Positions 19,596-28,700 of a stretch of DNA of 64,000 bases are shown here, piece after piece. This stretch comes from a virus. A program made the position numbers and the translations under genes. Each line of letters starts with the position of its first letter. The stretch's first letter is position 1. The stretch spans positions 1 through 64,000 of the IMG/VR virus record IMGVR_UViG_3300027985_000891. The stretch is one strand, 5' to 3'. The notes under the pieces were generated by a model. It did no database searches, was not told the DNA's origin, and worked only from the letters and a program-made list of their open reading frames with translations.

Positions 19596-22309
19596 TATTG
19601 TAAAGTTACTTCGTTTGCATATTTAATATCAAAGTGATGTCCGACAGTAGGTACCTTCTTAATTACATTACCAGCAGCATCTCTAATCAAGTTCATGTTT
19701 TGATGCCAGGTTACAGCAAAAGGTGTATTTGGTATCCGATGGTAAGATGTCTCAGTACCACTAACCTTCTTAAGACCAGGTACGTTTGTCATAAACCATT
19801 CATTCAGATCCTTATCATGACCTGTTAAATCTATGGTCCTTCCTTTGCCCGCAGTTGGATCACCCATTCGAAATGCGGACGTGATCTTATAACCGTTGGG
19901 TAAAATAGGATCCATAGTTGTTGCCCAGTCTTGATTGAACTGCTTGGATAAATTCATATCAATACGTCGACCTTGATTATCTGTACCTATGATCGCATTC
20001 TTGAAATTAGCAGACCCATCTTCTCGTCCATCTCCATCAGCATCAATAACAGCTTGTTGTATCTTTTGCAAGTTTAGCTCTGCATGTTGATTATCATCTA
20101 CTAAGACAAAAGGTTTCTGATCATCTACTTTAACTACGTATCCCATAATACCTGTAGAAGGATCTCTCCCCTGGGTTATGTTGACTGTATGTCCTGCGCC
20201 TACTCCTTTACTCAGAGCATCCATAAATATGATTCCCTTTCCAGCAGAATAAGGTTCAACTATTTCCAGTTTACCTGTAGCCGTTTTAGTAGAATCTTCT
20301 CCATACTCTATGACCGTAGTATCAATAGGTCCTTGAGCTCCTTCATACTTACCTAATCTAACGCCAGATAGATTTCGTTGTATTCTTGAAATCGTCTCAA
20401 TAGGAACTGGATAACCCGTCATGGATTGAATAACAGCAGTTTGATCTACCGGTACTTTAGTTCCTACTCCACTTACTGCATTATTATATAGAGAATTACC
20501 GCCTTTGTAACGTTGACCAGCTGCTGATTGTAACCATGTATCTTCTCGCTTTGCTGCAAATTGTATTACCTCGCCTTCCGGAGTAGTAAATTCCATATAA
20601 TAAGGAGCCGCACCAAAGACAGATGCATTCTGAACTATTTGGTTTCCTTGTTTAGCAACCATAGGTAATATGTTTCTAGGATCAATAATACCTGGTATGG
20701 ATGTAGCTTCTCTCATTTTACTTTCAGAACTATCATAGTCTTTAAAATATCTATGCTTTAAATCCTGTCCTGTTAACATCTCACCAGTTGCTATATTGAT
20801 TAGTTGTTGAGCACCTAACTGATCATAAAATTGTTTAACTACACTTTCATTCGATGTAGCTGTAGAAAATACTCCATCATCTTTTATATCTGGAAAAGAT
20901 GTAACTATGATGCCCGTATTAATTCTTTCACTTGCTTTTTCAGCAAACTTTTCCAATGCTTGTTTACCATCCTTGGTTAATATATTATCTGATGTTAAAT
21001 ATTTATCAAGAGGTACATCTGTATTACTTCCAGTTACTGCGTTTACTGCTATCTGTAGTGTGGTCTTCATTTCTGGAGTCAATGGTTGACTACCTGGTAG
21101 ATCAGATGGTTGAATAGATAGATCGGATCCAAAACCAGTAACACCTATTAACTTACTAGAGTATTCTTCACTATTTTTAAAAGGATTAAATACATTCTTA
21201 GCTTCAATAGCCATAGTAGGTACAGCATCTACTGCACCTACCCAGTTTTGTACTGTAGCTTCTGGAGTATATAGTGGAGAGTTAGCAGCATCTCCATTTG
21301 CTGCTTCTGTATCTATTTTAGGTGTAGAGCCTAGTTTGACATCATGAGACTGTAAAGATTCTGCCAACATGCCGGCATAATTAGTAGCATAAGTTTCATA
21401 GTCACCTGGATCAGGTGCTACTCCATCTGCTGCTAGTTTTCTTTGTAATTCCCACTTGGCATGAATGGTCCTTGAATAGTTTTGTATCACATCATTGGCA
21501 AATTCTTGCCGTCTGTCTCTACTGGTCTGAAAAATTTGTCGAATGCCATCTCCCATATCCATCATTTGAGGAAGTCCCCATTCTTCTTTCTTAGTATTCC
21601 ATATAGTTTCTTTCATCTTCTTTAGAGAAGGATGAAGCATATCATACTTTTGATTGACATCACTACCTGAATAGTTTAACATACCCATACTGAACAACTC
21701 AGCATCATAGTCTTCAGGTGTCTTCTTAAAAGTATCTATTTGTTGTTGATGATAGGTAGCTTGTTCAAAGGCTTTACGATAAGCATCACCTTCTACTTTG
21801 GATAAATCAGCTCTAAGTTTATAATACTGCTCCGGATCAATATTAGCCAGGTCACCCTTGATAGCAGACATGAACTCACTGATCCTTTCTACTTTGGCCA
21901 CATGTACATCTTGCAATGCTTTCTGTTGAGCAGCAGTATGGAAGTTTGTAGGTAGACCGTATTGAGATGCTGCACTCTTTGATACACCGGTACTCATCTG
22001 ATCTCCCATCAGTCCATCAAAGATTTCTATAAGCTTAAGCGAATTAAATGCTTTGTTTTGTTGAGTCTTTAAATCGAACTCTGACTTCCAGGCTTCTTTT
22101 CTCCAGGCAAGTTCATCTTCATGTAGGGCCAGTTGATCTCTTTGTATTTGTTGTTGCCTTAAACGCAAAGCAGTTTCTACACCTACATCAACTGGCATAG
22201 AGGCTACCTGAATAAGCGGAGCCATATTTTGTTGTTCCATGAGAGGAGCCTGTATAGGAGCTACTCCTCCTTGTTGATAGTTGAGCACATGCTCAGGTAC
22301 ATTTCTCAT
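19595..22309 (-). CDS. Virion cargo/ejection protein with degenerate peptidase M15-like C-terminus
   Basis: 904 aa between the cargo-1-like gene and the RNAP. N-terminal YQQGG motif; C-terminal ITSAFR...GRTIDL...HHFDI. Confidence 0.6.
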   Translation of the reverse strand: MRNVPEHVLNYQQGGVAPIQAPLMEQQNMAPLIQVASMPVDVGVETALRLRQQQIQRDQLALHEDELAWRKEAWKSEFDLKTQQNKAFNSLKLIEIFDGLMGDQMSTGVSKSAASQYGLPTNFHTAAQQKALQDVHVAKVERISEFMSAIKGDLANIDPEQYYKLRADLSKVEGDAYRKAFEQATYHQQQIDTFKKTPEDYDAELFSMGMLNYSGSDVNQKYDMLHPSLKKMKETIWNTKKEEWGLPQMMDMGDGIRQIFQTSRDRRQEFANDVIQNYSRTIHAKWELQRKLAADGVAPDPGDYETYATNYAGMLAESLQSHDVKLGSTPKIDTEAANGDAANSPLYTPEATVQNWVGAVDAVPTMAIEAKNVFNPFKNSEEYSSKLIGVTGFGSDLSIQPSDLPGSQPLTPEMKTTLQIAVNAVTGSNTDVPLDKYLTSDNILTKDGKQALEKFAEKASERINTGIIVTSFPDIKDDGVFSTATSNESVVKQFYDQLGAQQLINIATGEMLTGQDLKHRYFKDYDSSESKMREATSIPGIIDPRNILPMVAKQGNQIVQNASVFGAAPYYMEFTTPEGEVIQFAAKREDTWLQSAAGQRYKGGNSLYNNAVSGVGTKVPVDQTAVIQSMTGYPVPIETISRIQRNLSGVRLGKYEGAQGPIDTTVIEYGEDSTKTATGKLEIVEPYSAGKGIIFMDALSKGVGAGHTVNITQGRDPSTGIMGYVVKVDDQKPFVLVDDNQHAELNLQKIQQAVIDADGDGREDGSANFKNAIIGTDNQGRRIDMNLSKQFNQDWATTMDPILPNGYKITSAFRMGDPTAGKGRTIDLTGHDKDLNEWFMTNVPGLKKVSGTETSYHRIPNTPFAVTWHQNMNLIRDAAGNVIKKVPTVGHHFDIKYANEVTLQ

Positions 22310-22311
22310 AA

Positions 22312-25300
22312 TTACCAGTGATAACAGTTACAAGTAGAATCATAATACATTCCTGGTTGTGGTCTTTGTTGTCCTGGACCATAACCATAAGAGGTTCCTG
22401 TAGGTATTGTAGTTTGTCCTACAGCTCCGGTTGGATTAACTAAAGGATTAGTACCTACCTGAGTAGTAGGCGAAACCCCAGGGGAAGGAGTATCGAGTTG
22501 TGTATATAGATCTCCCAATCCTTCCAAGCCTCTCATCATCTTATCATCTTGCAAGAATCCTACGGCATTCAATCCAGAAACTGTTTGATTCCTTGCTCCC
22601 ATCTTACCGGCTACATTAGCAATATCCGCTTCTGTTTCCCGGGCTAAGTAGTTCTGTCCTACCTGACCTAGTCCACCTATCAAACCGGCATTGAGCTGAT
22701 TAGTAGCTAGTCGCTCATACATTCTACCCTTTTGATTATCCTGAGCTATAGTGAAGTCCAGGTTATTTAAAGCATCTGCTTCCCTAAGCTTAAGATCATT
22801 AGCTTGTGCATTAAACTGTAGTGCCTGATTTCCGGAAGCATTAAGGTAACCGGCATTTGCAACATCAGCTGCTATTAATGCCTGGTTAGGATCAGCCATG
22901 GAAAGTGAACGATACAAAGTATTGATCGGAGCTTGTTGCTTTTCTTGAAGTATTCGTTCATTAGCAGCCAGTTGTTGTTGAGCATCTTGGTAAGTATTAA
23001 TAGTTCTTGACCGAATGGGTTGTAGATCCTCTCGTAAAAATGAATAATTGGGATCCTGTGTTAGGTACTGTCCTATGGTAGAAGCAGCACCAATGCCAGC
23101 ACCAATAGCATTACGATCACCAATGGTTCCACGTAGAGCATCAAGCTCCTGTTCCGTTTGTTTCTGATTGGCCTCTAGTCTTTTACGAGCACGAGCCTCC
23201 CCAGAGAATCCAAAGATATCTCCCAGAATACCATAAGCTGAAGAGAGAAGACCTCCTACATCAATACCTAGTCCTCCTCCATCCTGGTACTCTTCAATAT
23301 AGCCTCCTTTCTTTAAACCAAACTTTTGTGTTGGTCCAATACCAGCTGTAGGTTTTTTTAAATAATGAGGTTTCACATAGACACCATCAAGTTTGAGATT
23401 ATTATCCCGCTTCAATACCGGATCAGTAAACTGCTGATTGGTAATAGCCTTATCATAAGGCTGTTTGTATAAGCTGGATATAGATACAGTTCCACCCATT
23501 TGGAACTGCTCGGGTTCATTACCTTTTTTCATCTCACTCATATATTTTAAAGCTTCAACATATGGTTCACGCGATGACTTGTTTTCATCTATTGCCAGTT
23601 CCGCAAACGCATCATTCTCGCGTGATGTGACAGGGAACGTGCTTCGAATCCTTTTACTAATTTTTGCAGGTAATTCCTCTTTATGCTTAAACATCTCGCC
23701 GAAGCTGATTTCTCTTGGAGCCTCGCCGATTTCATTTTCTTTGTACTGTAAAGGATTGAATCCGAATGATATTTCATCTGCGTCTTTCTTTTTTAGTTTC
23801 ATCTTCTTGTCCCGGGAGAATATATAAGACTCTGGCGGTACAATATCTGTGGCTTTATCGTTAGGCATATTCTTATGCCGCTTCTTTGCTTTGACAGGTG
23901 TAAGTGTGTAGTCTGGAAAAGCTACCTCTTCCCCAACCTCTGTCTGTATTAATTGAGGCTCTCCTTCGACCATGCCTCCTTCTTGATACTTACCAGTAAT
24001 AGCATGCTTAATGTCTTGAAACATAGTAGATGTTTTAGCAGCTTTTCCCAACAACTTCATAGTATTACCTAGAGAAGGATCATCTTGATACTTATATTGT
24101 TGACCATAAAACTGAAGTTGATGCTTAAGTTTTTCCTTACCGTATTTATCATAGTAGTTCTTCTTCCATACTTCCAGTACTTGCTCTTCAGGTACTCCTG
24201 CTTTCTGCCAGGCTTGAGTAGCTCTGACAAATCCTTCCATTGCAAGAGGGTCATTGATTATATCGTTAAAGTCTTCCTGGAACTTAGTTACTTCTCCACC
24301 CTTCTGAGCTAGAGGTATTTCATCTACATACGAGGCCCCAGGGAAAGAGAAGTGTTCATTGGATCCACCAAAGGCTACAACAGGTTCTCCTGTTTCTGGA
24401 ACGAGTAATAGATCCATGTTTACCTTCTCCATGGATATATTGTTACTTGGTATACGAAGAGACTTCTTGTGCTTATCAGGAGAATCTTCCCGGTATCCCA
24501 TCAGCGACAAATCATTTGCCTGTTTAACCCATGGTTGACCCTGATCATCCATTACTTGATCTCCAGGTTTCGCTTTACTGTACCGGGCAATGAAGGCAGC
24601 ATTTTTAGCAATAGGTCCACCATCCTGATACTCCGGCAAGCGGGAGAGTGAGGTTAAGAAGTCTTGAGTACGATCTACCTGTCCTTTGTTATGATAGAGT
24701 TGCCATATCTGAGCCGCTCCCATTGGATTACTGATATCATACTTACCAAAACCTGGTACCGGTTCTATATCATATCGCATGATCTTTCCCTTATCATTCT
24801 TAACCGGTTTAATTTTAGTTAGACTTCCAAAGAAAAGCTCATCTTGAGTCTTAGGATCTAACTGTGTCGCATCTTTAATTTTACCGGTTAGAATATCAGA
24901 ATAGATATCCGGAGCGTCCATATCATATCGCTCATAGATCTTCTTGACTTTCTTAGCTGCAGTTTTAAGACTAGGAGCATCAAATTGATAAGCTCCTCTT
25001 CCCTTGCGTCCTCCTGATTCTTGCATATCATACTCACCATATGCTTCATGCTCTCGTACTGCTTGGGAGAATCTAAATAACTCATCTTCGACTAGGCCTG
25101 TATTCATGCTGAGAAACTTGGCAGGTATATTACTGGCAAGCCCTCCATATTGATGTTTGCCTCGCTTGGCCATGTCATAAGCAATGGCTACCGCCTGATC
25201 TTGCTTATATCCTTCATTGATAAGTTTACCTATCTTCTTACTTACCCATCCTCCATCTTTAAATCCTCGATCGATACCAACAGTATAAGGTGTTTGATCT

Positions 25301-25707
25301 ACAGAGTCAGACATGCCGGACTTATCCTTAAGTGTCATATACTCATTGACCTGTCCTAACCAATCACCAAACTTTCCCTGGAAATCGTCACTGCCAAAGT
25401 AATTGCTGATAGCAGATGTCTGTGCATTACGAAGAAGAGTCTTATTGTCTGCATTATCATAGATAGATCCGGACTTGATTTGCTCTTCCAGATCGCCTCG
25501 GGCTCGATCACGCATTCGTTTAGGAAGACCAGATATGATTGTATCTTCCGTATAGGCCCGCATAAAATCATCTTTGTTCTGATAGTTCTGCCCATTGTAA
25601 CCGTATCCCAACGGTTCTACATCAGAACCAAACAGACTGGAGAACATACCAAACAGATCATCAGCTCCTGGTAATCCTCCGGCCTGCATTTTCTTAACCT
25701 TGCCCAT
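22312..25707 (-). CDS. Cargo protein 1-like ejection protein with repeated (Y/F/M)QxGG motifs and a lysozyme-like domain
   Basis: 1131 aa directly after the muzzle gene. Nine xQ/KxGG motifs; HEAYG...GAYQF...PKTQDELF muramidase-like signature; Gly/Ala-rich hydrophobic helices near the C-terminus. Confidence 0.7.
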   Translation of the reverse strand: MGKVKKMQAGGLPGADDLFGMFSSLFGSDVEPLGYGYNGQNYQNKDDFMRAYTEDTIISGLPKRMRDRARGDLEEQIKSGSIYDNADNKTLLRNAQTSAISNYFGSDDFQGKFGDWLGQVNEYMTLKDKSGMSDSVDQTPYTVGIDRGFKDGGWVSKKIGKLINEGYKQDQAVAIAYDMAKRGKHQYGGLASNIPAKFLSMNTGLVEDELFRFSQAVREHEAYGEYDMQESGGRKGRGAYQFDAPSLKTAAKKVKKIYERYDMDAPDIYSDILTGKIKDATQLDPKTQDELFFGSLTKIKPVKNDKGKIMRYDIEPVPGFGKYDISNPMGAAQIWQLYHNKGQVDRTQDFLTSLSRLPEYQDGGPIAKNAAFIARYSKAKPGDQVMDDQGQPWVKQANDLSLMGYREDSPDKHKKSLRIPSNNISMEKVNMDLLLVPETGEPVVAFGGSNEHFSFPGASYVDEIPLAQKGGEVTKFQEDFNDIINDPLAMEGFVRATQAWQKAGVPEEQVLEVWKKNYYDKYGKEKLKHQLQFYGQQYKYQDDPSLGNTMKLLGKAAKTSTMFQDIKHAITGKYQEGGMVEGEPQLIQTEVGEEVAFPDYTLTPVKAKKRHKNMPNDKATDIVPPESYIFSRDKKMKLKKKDADEISFGFNPLQYKENEIGEAPREISFGEMFKHKEELPAKISKRIRSTFPVTSRENDAFAELAIDENKSSREPYVEALKYMSEMKKGNEPEQFQMGGTVSISSLYKQPYDKAITNQQFTDPVLKRDNNLKLDGVYVKPHYLKKPTAGIGPTQKFGLKKGGYIEEYQDGGGLGIDVGGLLSSAYGILGDIFGFSGEARARKRLEANQKQTEQELDALRGTIGDRNAIGAGIGAASTIGQYLTQDPNYSFLREDLQPIRSRTINTYQDAQQQLAANERILQEKQQAPINTLYRSLSMADPNQALIAADVANAGYLNASGNQALQFNAQANDLKLREADALNNLDFTIAQDNQKGRMYERLATNQLNAGLIGGLGQVGQNYLARETEADIANVAGKMGARNQTVSGLNAVGFLQDDKMMRGLEGLGDLYTQLDTPSPGVSPTTQVGTNPLVNPTGAVGQTTIPTGTSYGYGPGQQRPQPGMYYDSTCNCYHW

Positions 25708-25787
25708 CTTACTTGATATTATAGATACGTAAATATAGTCTCCTTTTAGATCTATAACTTACAGTTATAAAAAACTATAATATTCTT
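25708..25787 (-). promoter_or_regulatory. AT-rich intergenic gap with a possible Bacteroidota-type -7 element (TATATTTA, 25737-25730) ahead of the cargo/RNAP block
   Basis: One of few intergenic gaps. One mismatch to the TAnnTTTG consensus; small TATAACT/AGTTATA inverted repeat upstream. Confidence 0.3.
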
Positions 25788-28700
25788 CTAGGTAGGTTCC
25801 TGAATATAGGTAATATTCGATTTTACATATAATTGAAACTTGGCATGATCTGCCTTATTAAGCATATACCTATGGATCATATACCTTTGAGAATATATCC
25901 TACCCTCCTGGGTTTGTTTGTCCAGTATACCAGCATTAACATCTTCCAGGTTTACGAACGGAGAACATGCACAAGGTTTCGTAGTAACCGCAAAATCCTG
26001 GTCAACCACGAAGTCGTATAGTTCATTGATACGCCATTGCTTTTGATCGTATACAGCATCAATTCCGACTTTGTGATCTCTGGCTTGCTCGAGTAAATTG
26101 TTCTCTCGATCTGGGTTATCTGTCCTTGGGAGAAGTGGATGCATTCCGGAAGACTGTGTTCCATTCCAAACTCCGAGATGTGTAAAGGTGTTATGTCGCT
26201 CGTGTAAGTAATCATTTTGTCTAGCAATTTTAGCTTCAGTATCAAGCATAGTTGATTGATATCTCCATGACTCTGCATTGTCCTGATGAGCCACAAAGTC
26301 TATAATAAATGGTTGATAAGATCCATAGTAAGTCTGGAAAGAATCTACACGGGTATCATGTATCCATATCTTACCGGTACCTGGTTCGACAGAGTACATA
26401 TTATTTCGATCCCAGATATACATCATAGGTAGATAACTATGAAAACTGATCCAGGCTTTTCTTCTTGGATCATAAGAGGCTGTCCAAGAGGAACATACAT
26501 CGCCATCTTGTTTGGTAAATAACAAACGATCGTGGCGATGATCATATCCCAAAGAGTAATAAACTCCTCTTACTTTTTCATCCCTACAAGTTTCGGGACT
26601 ACAAAATCTCATGCTGCGCTTGAAGAAGTTCTTGACTCCATAGTCAGAGATTCGTTCAACCTGTCCACCTGACATTCGATATAGACAAGAGCCATCGGCA
26701 TCTGGCCAATAGTAGCCAGTGTTAGTACAGATAGCAGCATTTCGATCTTGCAGCCCTGCGAAACCTTCCTGGCTGAACTCCATAATCAGCTCAGGATCCG
26801 TGAGTAGATCTCCTTTACCTACGACTAGATTACCAGCAGTAGATGGTAGCAATGCAGTTGAATATTTAATCAACCATACACCGTCTGTACAATGCGCATA
26901 AAATCTACCACTCTCTACAAACAGCTTCCTTAAATATCCAGCATGTGCCGGTATGAACCGGAAGTTATTTGACTTAAAGTTTCGATAAGCATCTATCTGT
27001 GAAGTAAGTACTTGCTTCTCTGAGTAGTATACTTCTTGAGTAGTCTCATTCTCAAAGCAATCATCGCACTTACATGTATTATAGTTTCTAGGAATACCGT
27101 AGAATGACTGTACGTCGTTTCGTTTGCTAAAATCAAACTGGTACCCATGAAAGTTGTCTTCAAACTGTACTACTTGTGGACACCGGTCACAACGCTCATC
27201 TTCTCCACCTTCTTCATCTCGACGACATCGTGGTATATGTAGAATTCTATCTACCCATCGATCGTTGAAGGTTGTGTGTAGCATGTAGTTCCATACAGCT
27301 GCAAGTAGTGGAAAGATAACAAAGGTTAAGATGGAATCCGGTATAGACTCCAGTTCTATAGCCTGTGCCGCGGCAAATGCCGGTGCAATCAAACCGAGTC
27401 CTGTACGAATTAAGGACTTCAGCATCAATGTAGACACAGAGGGTTGTTCTACTCTACAGTAGAATCTATTCAACCAACAGTCCTCCCATGGTCTATCTTC
27501 TGAGTCAGATGAATCTAACCAAAGATCTTTAAGCTTAGGATAGAATACTTTACCTTCTTCTTTTTGAGGTCCTGCACCCGTTTGACGAAAGTATGGATTT
27601 ACTTCAAACTCTCCCCAATAGGTTACCAGTGTCTTCTGCACTTTAGGATAATAGTAATCACTGTCTGGTGCTGATTTATTTGCAGCACATTCACAAGAAT
27701 CTGTTACTCCGGTTGTATGTAGACCAGCCCAGTTCTTAGGATCCTGAGCATCTCCTGATTCAGGTATCCTCGTCGGCCAGTGTTCAAGTCCCAGATATTG
27801 AAAGTTCATATCCCATGGATGATCACAGATATCACGTTCCCTTTTCCAGGGAGCGTCTCTACCATCACAGGATCCATTAGCTACAGGAAATTTGTCTCCT
27901 ACCTTATTAGATACATATCCTGTACGTTTGATGGAGTAAGGACCAATAAATACATCTCCGGCTATTCCGGAAATAGATACAGTACTGCCTGGTCCGGCCA
28001 TACCATGGACAGCCGTAGCATTTATACCGGTATCGATGTATCTCATATTCTCCACTGTACCATACTGGTCAGGGATTTCTCTGAAGACTGCACCATACCA
28101 GGCAGCTGCTGTTTTAATAGGACATTCATGATCCAGGACATCTCCTACAAAGGAAGCATCAGACTCTGCCCCACGCTTACCATTGGATAATCCTGGTAAA
28201 CCACCGCCAAGCTGCATATATACAGAGCTCTCACGGTTTCGATTCATTAGCGGTAGAGAGATAGAAGGACCGGATACTACACTGTCTGCCGGAGCATAGC
28301 TCATACCGGTTATCTCTACATCTCCGGACTTCGGTAACTGGCCCGGTAGTGAAACACTTTGTCTGGCACCACGTTGATCTACCCGGGTATCACTAAACCA
28401 ATTATCAGTTTTACCCTTGGCATATAAACCATGACGCCATCCGGATCCATACAGCTCAAGATAGTTTTTAAACCGGTCACCCATTAAAGGGAGCTTTTGA
28501 GCATTTGTATCCAGTGAGTGAAAATTGTAACAATTAGGTGAAGAGTTAGATCCAATCTTGGACTCTCCATTCTCTATATAGCGGTCAACACATTCAAATG
28601 AATTGACTCCGTGCTTGGGGAATGCATGCTCTCGACCTTTAATGATACCGGTAAAGCAAGCAGTAACCATGCCCTTGGCTATGATTGATCGATCATTAAG

